Positions 1-9,676 of a DNA stretch of 63,897 bases are shown one piece after another. Made by a program: the position numbers and the translations under genes. Origin of the DNA: an uncultured Erysipelotrichaceae bacterium. Lineage in GTDB: Bacteria; Bacillota_I; Bacilli_A; RFN20; CAG-826. The notes below the pieces were generated by a model. The model saw only the letters and a program-made list of their open reading frames with translations, ran no database searches and was not told the origin of the DNA. Numbering within the stretch: position 1 is the stretch's first letter; each line of letters opens with the position of its first letter. The stretch covers positions 1 through 63,897 of the forward strand of contig CADCEE010000009.1 of NCBI GenBank assembly GCA_902800355.1, written 5' to 3'.

Positions 1-36
1 TGATAAACTACTTTCGTCATCATTCTTATGTGACAT
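1..36 (-). CDS. 5' end of a CDS running off the window (MSHKNDDESSLS...), possibly an IS200/IS605-family transposase TnpA
   Basis: ATG at 36 preceded by SD AAAGGAG. The 12 codons resemble the ...D-x-x-S-L-S-(H-T) N-terminus of IS200 TnpA, but only 12 aa are visible. Confidence 0.45.
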   Translation of the reverse strand, partial: MSHKNDDESSLS

Positions 37-38
37 AA

Positions 39-193
39 TAAAAACTCCTTTCTATGACAAGGCAACTGAACATGCATTATTATATCAAAGGAGTTTTTAA
101 TTGTTATTGAACGCTTCCGCTTTTTCATTTCTCGCCCCCAGAGGAGGCGGTTTTATTTACGGCCACCGCTTTGACGCTGTCCGGTAAATAAAA
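39..193 (-). mobile_element. Putative left end of an IS200-like element (RBS-sequestering inverted repeat plus subterminal hairpins)
   Basis: Perfect 13-bp IR TAAAAACTCCTTT (39-51)/AAAGGAGTTTTTA (87-99) covers the SD, with TATAAT (79-84, minus strand) inside the loop. Further hairpins at 133-149 and 151-193. Confidence 0.4.
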
Positions 194-214
194 ATGTCCC
201 CTAAGAGACATTAA

Positions 215-1705
215 TTATGAATTTTTAGTGTATAACTTTTTCTTATAAGAAACTGGCTCTTCAGTAACTCTAATTCCAAGTCTAGTTAAAGTTTGTAAAT
301 CTACTTCGCTTAATAAAGTAGAAGAATGAGCCTCACATCCTACTAGTTTAGGAAGCTGTTTTAAAGCTTGATCCGCTAAAGGGTTAGTTTTAGATTGAAT
401 GGATAAAGCTAGTAATACTTCTTCAGCTCTTAAACGTGAATTACTACGATGTAGATATTTAATTTTCATCTCTTTTAATGGTTCAATCACCATTGGCATT
501 AATAAATACATCTTCTTATCAATTTTCCCTAATGTTTTTAAAGCGTTAAGTAAACAAGCTGCACAGGCACCAAATAATTCTGAACGATGGCCAACAACAA
601 TTTTACCATTAGGTAATTCTAGAGCAATCGAAGGTTCGTTTTCTTTTTTAGAATCAACTAAAGCAGCCTCAATTACTTTACGATCACTTATTTTAACTCC
701 TGCCTTGTTCATTAAGATTTCCATCTTTTCAATGGAATCTTCGTTTAATCTGCCTAAATAAACATTCTTTTTAGTTTGATAATATCTTCTAATGATTTCG
801 TTATAGCAAGCTTCGGCAACTTTTTTATCATCACTAATAGCAAAACCCACCATATTCACTCCCATATCAGTTGGAGAATAATAAGGAGACTCACCATATA
901 TTTGTTCAAAGATATTTTTTAATAATGGGAATACTTCGACATCTCTATTATAGTTAACCGCAGGAACTCCATATTTATCTAAATGAAAAGGATCAATCAT
1001 ATTGACATCATTTAAATCAATAGTGGCAGCTTCATAAGCTAAATTAACTGGATGATTTAAACTTAAATTCCAAACAGGGAACGTTTCATATTTAGCATAT
1101 CCCGCATTAATTCCGTTTTGATGGTCATGATAAAGCTGAGATAAGCAAGTTGCCATCTTTCCACTTCCTGGTCCAGGAGCGGTGACCACTACTAAAGGCT
1201 TAGAGGTTTGAATATATTCATTCTTTCCAAGTCCATCTTTAGAAACAATTAAAGGTATATCTTGTGGATACCCGTTAATCTTATAGTGTTTATAAACTTT
1301 GATATCGTTTCTTTTTAATTTATTAATAAAAGTTTTAATTGAAGCATTATCTTCGTAAAAAGAGATAACAACACTAGAAACATATAATCCCACTTCTTTA
1401 TATGTATCAATTAATCTTTCTACTTCTTCTTGATAAGTAATTAAAGTATCATTTCTAACTTTGTTAGAGATAATGTCATTGGCGTTAACAACCACCACCA
1501 TCTCCGCTTTTTCTTTGATGCCTAATAACATCTGTAATTTAGAATCAGCTTTAAATCCAGGAAGGACTCTAGAAGCGTGATAATCATCAAAAAGCTTTCC
1601 TCCAAATTCAAGGTAAAGCTTATCTCCAAACTTGGATATACGTTTTAAAATAGATTCTCTTTGAATTTTTAGATATTTATTATTATCAAATGCTTCTTTT
1701 TTCAT
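215..1705 (-). CDS. DUF1846 / UPF0371 family protein
   Basis: KLYLEFGGKLFDDYHASRVLPGF, APGPGSGKMATCLSQLYH, GYAKYETFPVWN, SPTDMGVNM motifs. Likely start is ATG at 1705. Confidence 0.9.
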   Translation of the reverse strand: MKKEAFDNNKYLKIQRESILKRISKFGDKLYLEFGGKLFDDYHASRVLPGFKADSKLQMLLGIKEKAEMVVVVNANDIISNKVRNDTLITYQEEVERLIDTYKEVGLYVSSVVISFYEDNASIKTFINKLKRNDIKVYKHYKINGYPQDIPLIVSKDGLGKNEYIQTSKPLVVVTAPGPGSGKMATCLSQLYHDHQNGINAGYAKYETFPVWNLSLNHPVNLAYEAATIDLNDVNMIDPFHLDKYGVPAVNYNRDVEVFPLLKNIFEQIYGESPYYSPTDMGVNMVGFAISDDKKVAEACYNEIIRRYYQTKKNVYLGRLNEDSIEKMEILMNKAGVKISDRKVIEAALVDSKKENEPSIALELPNGKIVVGHRSELFGACAACLLNALKTLGKIDKKMYLLMPMVIEPLKEMKIKYLHRSNSRLRAEEVLLALSIQSKTNPLADQALKQLPKLVGCEAHSSTLLSEVDLQTLTRLGIRVTEEPVSYKKKLYTKNS

Positions 1706-1756
1706 ATACAAAAAAGATAATGATTTTATTAATCATTTTCAATAATAAATATAATT

Positions 1757-2311
1757 TTATTTTTTAGCTAAACCGGCAATTTGGGAATAAACACGATCAG
1801 ATGTTTCTTTATCTAATAATAGTTCAATAATTTTTAAACCAAATGGAATACTATAAAGCATACTTCTAGCGGTGATAATTTTATCGCTAACTTCTACTTC
1901 ATTACCTGTATAAGTACCTAATAAACCTTTTTCACATCCTGGATAACAAGTATAAGTGTGATTAGCTAACACTCCTGCTTTAGATAACACCATCGGTCCA
2001 GCACATATTGCACAGACATATTTATTTAAATTATATGCTTTTTTCACTATTTCAATGGTCTCATTAGAAATTAATAAATTATTAACTCCACGAGATCCTC
2101 CAGGGATGATGAGAGCGTCAAATTCACTGATATTGATATTCTTTAGGCTTTTAAAGCCACTTAGAGCGACTTTATGGCTGGAAATGACTAATTGCTCATC
2201 ATCATTAATTTTAGCGTCGTAGACCTCAAATCCCGCACGCACTAAAACGTCTCTAGTGGCAAGCGCCTCAACATCTTCAAATCCATTAGCGTAGACAATT
2301 AAGACTTTCAT
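1757..2311 (-). CDS. DJ-1/PfpI (ThiJ/YajL) family protein
   Basis: GFEDVEA, LIIPGG, nucleophile elbow AICAGP, YTCYPG, ITAR motifs. Confidence 0.9.
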   Translation of the reverse strand: MKVLIVYANGFEDVEALATRDVLVRAGFEVYDAKINDDEQLVISSHKVALSGFKSLKNINISEFDALIIPGGSRGVNNLLISNETIEIVKKAYNLNKYVCAICAGPMVLSKAGVLANHTYTCYPGCEKGLLGTYTGNEVEVSDKIITARSMLYSIPFGLKIIELLLDKETSDRVYSQIAGLAKK

Positions 2312-2313
2312 AT

Positions 2314-3465
2314 CTATTCCTCAGTTAAGATATCAATAATGCTTTCTAAAGTAGAGCGAGCAATATTACAGGTTGTATATAAATAATTCATAGTCTTTTC
2401 ACTTAATGTAGAGCCTTCAGAATTAGCGATTCCTTTAATAAAGAAATCATCAGCGGTAATAATGCTAGCTTTAACAGGATTACCAATATTCGCTAAATCA
2501 GAAAATAGATAATCTAACATTAAATCTTCTTCATTCATTCCCACTAAAGCTCCAAGTACATAAGCCAAAGCGCCAGTTCGATCAGTACCTCGCATACAGT
2601 GGAAGGCAATTGGGTAATTAGACGCATCCGCTAAAGTGTTAAAGAATAATTGTATAGAAGGAATGTTTTTGCTTGTTGTAAAGATATTGCTATTCCCATA
2701 TAACATAGGGGCAGAAACATATTTAACTCCTAAAGGAGAAGAAGTAATACCGTTAACTTCATCATAATCATCAAAAGCGATATTTCTTCTTAAATCGATA
2801 TCGGTTTTAATTTTAAGTTCATTAATTAATGCCTCTTTTCCTTTTTGAGTTGGAGCACATTCATATTTATTCACTAAACCACCATAATTAAATTGGGCAG
2901 TTCTATAAATCATTCCTTGTTTATAAATTCTTTCATTGCCAATATTCCAACCCCCTAAGTCTCTACAGTTTTCCACTCCATCAACATAAATGTTTCTCGG
3001 AGCGTCATCACCAATAGAGAATTCAAGTACATCACTATTAAAGAAAGTTCCGTAGTGATTAGAAGAAACTTGATAATAATATTTGGTTTTAATTTTTAAA
3101 TTATAAACATCAACACTTGTTTCACTTGTGGTATACACCAAAGGATTAGATAAATCATTAGATTCAGAAATCGTTAAGCGATAATTACTCGCTGGTTGTT
3201 CTAAATCATTTAATTCCTCCCAAGAGAAAGTAATTGGAGCAGGTTTAGATTTAGAATCCTTACCAAATTGATTTGGATAACTCTCAATATAATCGGCAAT
3301 ATTTTCGTTAGTGATGAAAACATGCTGATCTTGAGAATGGATAGAGGCTGTTAAAGGAATAGTATTAACATCTAAATCCACAACAGTAGGAATCGGATAA
3401 TTTTCTCCACAAGAAGTGGCAAGAATAAAGGTACTAGCAAGTACAAGTAATGTTTTATATTTCAT
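2314..3465 (-). CDS. Lipoprotein tyrosine/lipid phosphatase (MptpB/IphP-like) with N-terminal FN3-like domain
   Basis: Lipobox LATSC; GVENCRDLGGW, DIDLR, P-loop HCMRGTDRTG, DYLFS. Start reassigned to MKYK at 3465. Confidence 0.8.
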   Translation of the reverse strand: MKYKTLLVLASTFILATSCGENYPIPTVVDLDVNTIPLTASIHSQDQHVFITNENIADYIESYPNQFGKDSKSKPAPITFSWEELNDLEQPASNYRLTISESNDLSNPLVYTTSETSVDVYNLKIKTKYYYQVSSNHYGTFFNSDVLEFSIGDDAPRNIYVDGVENCRDLGGWNIGNERIYKQGMIYRTAQFNYGGLVNKYECAPTQKGKEALINELKIKTDIDLRRNIAFDDYDEVNGITSSPLGVKYVSAPMLYGNSNIFTTSKNIPSIQLFFNTLADASNYPIAFHCMRGTDRTGALAYVLGALVGMNEEDLMLDYLFSDLANIGNPVKASIITADDFFIKGIANSEGSTLSEKTMNYLYTTCNIARSTLESIIDILTEE

Positions 3466-3496
3466 ATAACAAGAATAGCACAATTAATTCCATAAT

Positions 3497-3519
3497 AAAA
3501 GGAGCCCCGAAGGACTCCT
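3497..3519 (-). terminator. Intrinsic terminator
   Basis: AGGAG-CCCCGAAGGA-CTCCT hairpin followed by a U-tract on the minus strand, downstream of the 1181-aa gene. Confidence 0.7.
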
Positions 3520-3534
3520 AGTATAGTTTGGAAA

Positions 3535-6500
3535 TTAGAGAACGTAAGTAATAACAAAGCTTACAATTCTAACTTGGTTATCTTTAGCAGTGAATACGAC
3601 AGATTCAAGATCGCCTTCCCATGTTCCAACTTTGCCAGCGGTTTCATAGGTATAGCCTTCAGGAGCGCCTTCACCCCAACAGCCAGGACCTTGTTTTGTA
3701 GTACCATTAGCAGTACATGTAATAACAATTTTACTGATTTTTCCACCAGTTACAGAAATGGTCATTACTTTGTTCTTGAAAACTCTAAATTCTTCAGAAG
3801 TATTTGTTCCGACTGCGGTAATAGAAACATCACCACTTAATCCGCCAATAGATTTGCCTGCAGTACCACCATCAACAGCTTCAAATGCATTTGGAGTAAT
3901 TGTAACTGTTTGTTCAGTTGGAACACCACCAGCAGTAACTGTAACAGAATATGTACCAGTCTTTCCTAAAGAAGATTCTGTCGCTGTGATTGTAACAGGG
4001 GTTTCACTTGCTTTAACGCCAGTGACTTCACCGGTTGCAGAATCAACAGTAGCAACTGTTGGATCAGAAGATGACCAAGTAACAGTACCCATAACAGCTC
4101 TAGCTGGATATGGAGCAGCAGTTAATGTAATCTTTGAACCTTCTTTAACGGTTTTAGCACCAGAAATGTCTACTCTTTCTAAATCTGGAACTTCAGGGGC
4201 AGCAGCAGCGACGATAATTGGATTATCATAGTTGCCATCTAAGTCTTTATTAGTGAATTCATAAGTTGTGGAGTTACCAACATACTTAACACCCCAACCA
4301 GTAGCGGTAATTGTATAATCAACTAAAGCGTCTTTCTCTTGAGGTAAGGTAAGTTCGCCATCTTGTGAATTATATAGTTCAAAATATTCGGCTGTTGCGC
4401 CATCGCTTGATTTTAACCAAACAACACGACCATTCTTGCCCATAGCATCGTTTTTGCTAACAACGCCTCTAACGAACATTTTTTGAGGTGATTTAACGTT
4501 ATCACCAAGTTTATTTAGTAATGCGACAGCTTCTTCTGGAGTTAATGGATCTTCGAGTGTGCCGTAATCAATTGTTTCATTAGAAACAGTGATAGCACAT
4601 GTTCCAGTTACGCCAGAAGTTGCAGTTGCAGTAATTGTAGCTGTACCTTGAGCAACACCAGTAACTTTGCCATCATTATCAACGGCAGCAACTGCGCTGT
4701 CGCTTGTACTCCATTTGACAAAGTCAGTAGAGTTGCCAGGAGTTAAAGTAGCTTTCAAGCTAACTGCTTCACCAATAGCAATTGTTTTAGATGCAGGTTC
4801 AACAGCAACAGCGGTTGCAGGAACAGCACCACCAATGGTGTATAAGTGTGATGCAACAACTTTATGTTCAGATGGTTTTCCTAATGAGAATGTAGTTTTT
4901 CCGTCTTGAGTACCAACTTCAAAGACTTCATTATCAACAAGAACTTCTAAACGGAAGTCTGTTGTGAATTTGAATTTAGCTTCAGAATAAGCAACTTCAG
5001 TATCTGGAACGACATCACCAACAAATCCAAGATTATAGTGTTTTGTGGTTGTGCCATCTTTAGTTGTTTCATTCATCGCAACACCTAAAACTTTGGTGGT
5101 TTCGCCATAAGTTAAGGAGATGGTGTATTTATAATCTTCTTCACTACCAATAGCGACTCTTGCGGTTGCAGCGTCATCTAAGGATTCAGTACCGCTAATA
5201 TAGAATTTAGCTCCGCCTTCAGCCATCTTGTTTTGACAGAAGATATCACCACTTGATAATGGTGTAGCTAAGACGTAATCAACGCCAGTTTCTAAAGATT
5301 CGGCCATGTTGATTGAACGGACAGGAACTACATTGACTAAGCAATATGCATGTACAGTACCGCAAGTTGCGACTAATCTAGCACTGCCTTCAGCGACTGG
5401 ATGGATCTTATTTTCAACGATTGTGAAGACTTCAGTGTTTTCACTTTCCCAAGTAATGACTCCACCATTAATGCTAGCTGGATATGTAGCACCAAATCCA
5501 GTTAAGTCATAATCGTCATCTTGAACAGAAATTTCAAGTTTAGTTTTAACTAATTCAATCAAAGAAATCGAGCTATTATCTGGACCAGCAACTAAAGAAG
5601 CAGAGTCGGTTTCTAATGTACCACCATAGTTATATAATTTTGCATAAACTTTAACAACAGAACCTTTATCGATAGCGGAATCTTGTTCTACGGTTGTATT
5701 AACGTGATAGCAGTAGAATTCTTTTTCAGTACCAGCAAGATAGAATGTTGTGCTCTTATAACCATCATGGTGGTGTTCTTTTACTCTTGTAACAGCACCA
5801 GAGATGTAATATTTTTGAGCTGATTTGCTTCCTTCGCTTAATGCTCCGCACATTAAGATAGCATCATCAGCGGTTAATGGATCATCTTCAGTACCAGCGT
5901 GGATACTATAAGAAACTAAAACAGAAACAACGACATCCTCATAACCAGCTGATTTAGCGGTAACAGTTGCGCTACCTTCACTAACAGCTTTAATAACACC
6001 ACTTGCGTCAACGGTAGCAACAGTTGGATCAGATGATTCAAAGGTAATTGCTTGTGTAGAACTTCCTCTTGGGGCAATTCTGAATTTAACATCAGCTTCT
6101 TCACCTGCTTGTCTTAAGATTGCAGATGTAGAATCAGCTAAGAGCTTGACTGGGGTGCTATTATCGATACTATAAATTTCACCACTATCAGTTCCGCCTT
6201 TGTTACTATGTTTCTTAAGTGAAGCGTGAACCATAACTTTAGAACCGATATCTAAAGCTTCGGCTTGAGCAGCGGTAAATGTTGCTTTATAAACTTCAAG
6301 GTCGTTTTCACCGGCTTCCATATAGAATGAGCCTGTTCCACCTGATTTATTTGGATAGAAAGAGATGGATGTAACAACACCTTCTACATAATATGCTTTT
6401 GCAGATGGTGTGTCAGGTTCTAATTTAAGAGCTTCAGTATAAGCATCAGAAGCGGTAAATGGATTATCAGCTGTTTCACCTTTTTCAGGATTTCTAGCAG

Positions 6501-7080
6501 AAATTGTGTAATCTTCAGCGACTACAACTTCTTCTTCTTTGTCACAATCGGTAAGTTTGAAGTGGAATTCTCCAGGTTCATTGAACGTAATTTTTGGACT
6601 TCTGATTGTGCAGCTCTTTGTTTCAGTAGCTACTTTTTCAATCTTAAGATTCATTACTTCGGATGCACCTAACTTAACGGTGACTGGGGCTGGTTGTCCA
6701 ACAATAATGTCTTCAGGGACAGAAATTGTGTATTTGTCAACTTCTTTCGTTCCAACTGTTAAGCTGACATCAGTTTCAGGCATTGTGAACGAATAGCTTA
6801 ACGCGCTAACAGTAGTCACAGTAACTTGTGCAGAAGTAACGCCAGTAACTTTGTAGTTATTTGGATCTTTTTCTGTGATTGTGAAAGCGACAGTAGCGCC
6901 AGCAGTATAGGTTTCAGCTAAACCGTTGACGGTGTATTTGGCATCATCTTTAGTGCATACGACATGATATGATGTAGCAGGAGGTGCAGGTGGATTATCT
7001 CCTCCACCACAGCCGACTAAGGCTGCTCCGCATAATGTCATGGAAGCTAATAAGACGCCAAATTTTGTTTTGACTTTCAT
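3535..7080 (-). CDS. Large surface lipoprotein with Big_2 Ig-like domains and three repeated OB-fold-like modules
   Basis: Lipobox LVGC. Big_2 motifs (TFESSDPTVATVD, KWSTSDSAVAAVD, TWSSSDPTVATVD). Three repeats of G-T-x-x-[DN]-P-[FL]-T-x-x-[DE]-A followed by [YM]-[YF]-[VI]-x-G-x-V-[TS]. Confidence 0.75.
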   Translation of the reverse strand: MKVKTKFGVLLASMTLCGAALVGCGGGDNPPAPPATSYHVVCTKDDAKYTVNGLAETYTAGATVAFTITEKDPNNYKVTGVTSAQVTVTTVSALSYSFTMPETDVSLTVGTKEVDKYTISVPEDIIVGQPAPVTVKLGASEVMNLKIEKVATETKSCTIRSPKITFNEPGEFHFKLTDCDKEEEVVVAEDYTISARNPEKGETADNPFTASDAYTEALKLEPDTPSAKAYYVEGVVTSISFYPNKSGGTGSFYMEAGENDLEVYKATFTAAQAEALDIGSKVMVHASLKKHSNKGGTDSGEIYSIDNSTPVKLLADSTSAILRQAGEEADVKFRIAPRGSSTQAITFESSDPTVATVDASGVIKAVSEGSATVTAKSAGYEDVVVSVLVSYSIHAGTEDDPLTADDAILMCGALSEGSKSAQKYYISGAVTRVKEHHHDGYKSTTFYLAGTEKEFYCYHVNTTVEQDSAIDKGSVVKVYAKLYNYGGTLETDSASLVAGPDNSSISLIELVKTKLEISVQDDDYDLTGFGATYPASINGGVITWESENTEVFTIVENKIHPVAEGSARLVATCGTVHAYCLVNVVPVRSINMAESLETGVDYVLATPLSSGDIFCQNKMAEGGAKFYISGTESLDDAATARVAIGSEEDYKYTISLTYGETTKVLGVAMNETTKDGTTTKHYNLGFVGDVVPDTEVAYSEAKFKFTTDFRLEVLVDNEVFEVGTQDGKTTFSLGKPSEHKVVASHLYTIGGAVPATAVAVEPASKTIAIGEAVSLKATLTPGNSTDFVKWSTSDSAVAAVDNDGKVTGVAQGTATITATATSGVTGTCAITVSNETIDYGTLEDPLTPEEAVALLNKLGDNVKSPQKMFVRGVVSKNDAMGKNGRVVWLKSSDGATAEYFELYNSQDGELTLPQEKDALVDYTITATGWGVKYVGNSTTYEFTNKDLDGNYDNPIIVAAAAPEVPDLERVDISGAKTVKEGSKITLTAAPYPARAVMGTVTWSSSDPTVATVDSATGEVTGVKASETPVTITATESSLGKTGTYSVTVTAGGVPTEQTVTITPNAFEAVDGGTAGKSIGGLSGDVSITAVGTNTSEEFRVFKNKVMTISVTGGKISKIVITCTANGTTKQGPGCWGEGAPEGYTYETAGKVGTWEGDLESVVFTAKDNQVRIVSFVITYVL

Positions 7081-7481
7081 TATAAAGTCTCCTCCTTTTT
7101 CTCTTCGAGAACTTGAGCTTTTCTCAATCTAGAAATCTCATCGATCTCGTTTCGTAATTGCCTTCTTGCAATAAAAGCTCTGAAAAACCTGAATAGCCCG
7201 TACGATAACAAGGCTGCGGCTATAGCAAAGCACGCGATGCAAACGAAGAATTGCAATGAAGAAGTATCAATGCCTCGCGATTTATTCATTACTCTTCTAA
7301 TTGAGAGTATTAGAAATAAAATTCCACAAACTAGTAAGATGGCACCGATTGCCACTAAAGCTAAAGCATTTTGTTGCTTATCGTACTCTTTAGTGTCTTT
7401 ACGATGATCTTCATTACTAAGTTCGGATAACTCGTCGTAACTTAGTGCCTCATAATTAATGACTTCTTTTTCTTTTGCCAT
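7080..7481 (-). CDS. Small two-TM membrane protein of unknown function
   Basis: Two hydrophobic segments. Its stop overlaps the start of the 3535..7080 gene. SD AGGAG. Confidence 0.75.
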   Translation of the reverse strand: MAKEKEVINYEALSYDELSELSNEDHRKDTKEYDKQQNALALVAIGAILLVCGILFLILSIRRVMNKSRGIDTSSLQFFVCIACFAIAAALLSYGLFRFFRAFIARRQLRNEIDEISRLRKAQVLEEKKEETL

Positions 7482-7494
7482 AAGTTACTCCTAA

Positions 7495-9655
7495 TTAAGC
7501 GGCTTTCTTAAGGAATTGAGTCATATCGTAAGCTTTTACGATTTCAAGTTCCATTTTGAAAGTCTTATATGTGGTAGAAATATAACCTTTTGAGATACCA
7601 ATAACACCAGCACCATCTTCGGCTTCAAGAATCTTTCTTGTATGTGTGAAGGTTTGTGTTCCTTCTTTACCAATATATTTTGGTCCTTTGGCGTTATATT
7701 GATATTCACCACCAGTGAAGAATTTATAGGAGAAAGCATTTTCTTTTCTATAAGTAATTAAAACATCTGAATTAACAACGATTCTTAAGAAATCATTGCT
7801 CTTTCTCATAGCGTCACCATCGTGGATGGTCTGAATTTCACTTGGGGTATTATCAACAGCACCATGTCTAGCAAATAAAGTCATAGAGTTGTAGGTGTTA
7901 TAGAATTGATAGAAATCTTTGTTATATCTATTGATTTCATATTTGCCACCTTCGCAAACATCAACCATACCTTCACCGTAACTAGTTTGGTCTACGGTAA
8001 ATTGATTGAAATAGACGTTATCTTTAATTTGCACAAGAAGTTGTGGCAATCGAAGAGTGTGGAATTCTTCAACTGTTAATTGAATTGGAACGATTGGGTA
8101 ATATTTAATCGAACCATCTGGATTATAATCAAGAATTGTTGTATTACGTTTTGGAACCTTGCATTTGGAAGGTTCCACCATAACTACTAATAGCGCCAAT
8201 AACTTCAACATGCTGTCCTTCATCAATTGGAGTTTGTGCATAAGTAAAGACATATATACCAAATCCAACCTCACGGTCTGGGTCATTAGCTTTAATTTTT
8301 GCTATTTCTTCTTCGCTATAGGATGGTCTATCTTGGACATAGAATGCACCACCAACTTTACGAGAGACATAACCTTGAACTTTCCATAAAGTTTTTTTAT
8401 CACAATATTTAGATTTTGGTAAATAGCCAATAACAGGATCTCTTGGTGCGTCGTCAGTATAAAGTCTATTTAAAGGCAGTATTTTAACTGGCACATCATC
8501 GTCCATATAGTAATAGTAATATGGATCTCTTTGACCAGATTGCATATGTCTTCTATTTACTTGAGCAGATAAACCAGCTGCGTCAAAGTTTTTAAAGAAA
8601 TATTCACCATAACCTTCTAATGAACCAGTGTTTTCAGAGAAACCTTGATAGATTAATTCAAGATTTAAACAGCGGAATTCACTCTTAGCAGGTTTAGCGT
8701 TTTTAGATTTGCAATACCAAACAAATGCTAAGTCTCTTTGGTTGCCATCGGTAGTAGATCCATATTTACCTTTGTATTCAGGATCTTGTCCTTTTGACGC
8801 TTTAATTTCTTCTAAGGTAGCTTTTTCTCCAGCATAGGCAAGTGGCTTACTCATTAAAATGATATGAGTCGCTCCACCAGTTAATTTAGCGAGTTCTTCA
8901 GTAGAGAATAAAGCTTTCATTTTTTCTTCGTAATGTGCAGCCTCATTATTTTCTTTACCGAATTCACCCCAGAATGTGTATTTAGAGAAGTAAGATCCAG
9001 AAAGACCCCATTCTTCCATTTGTGATGTACTTTCTTGAGTATCATCCATTAAATATCTAATTTTGACTGTATATTTTAAATTGAATGTTTCTACGTGTGT
9101 AGTGTCACCATCAACACAGTTAAAGAAGAAATCTTTGTCATCGGCTTTACCGACATATTTATTATTTGTTGCATCGTATTTTAAAGGAGCACGAATTTGT
9201 TCAATTCCATCTCTTCTAAAATCAAGCCCTTCAAGAGTGCCAGGATTAGCGGTTGTAGATTCATCAAACGACATGACATAGTCAAAAATTTCATCACTAA
9301 TATTCATATCAAAACTTTCAACCCAGTCAGCGGCTGGATCAACGTTAAATGACGCAAACACTTTATTCTCTCCAGCATTTGCAGTAGCAGAATAAGTATA
9401 TTTATTGCCATCTTTACGTTGATAACTTAAGTTAGCGCCGTTAAATGAAACTTTTTCGACATTAAAATCAGCATCAGGTTCGACTGTAAATGTTACGGTT
9501 TCTCCGCTAGTATATGAATCTTTAAATCCATAAACTTTTCCGTGAACTGCGTTTTCACTTAAATTGTTGATTGTTGCTGGGCCATTACTCCCACAACCAA
9601 CGAGTCCGCCAATAGCCAAGACTCCGATGAGTAAGCTTGCGTATCTTTTTTTCAT
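7495..9655 (-). pseudogene. Thermonuclease (SNase-like) lipoprotein with YhcR-type OB fold, split by a frame break near 8150
   Basis: Lipobox LVGC; VDGDTTHV, KIRYLMDDTQEST, DGNQRDLAFVWY, LNLELIYQGFS. OB motif FYVQD...GIYVF...VEVIG...YGGTFQM. The frame stops at 8144 and continues in the +1 frame (PKRNTTIL...) to 7495. May be an assembly error. Confidence 0.7.
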
Positions 9656-9676
9656 CTTAGCAAGTCCTCCGTTAAA

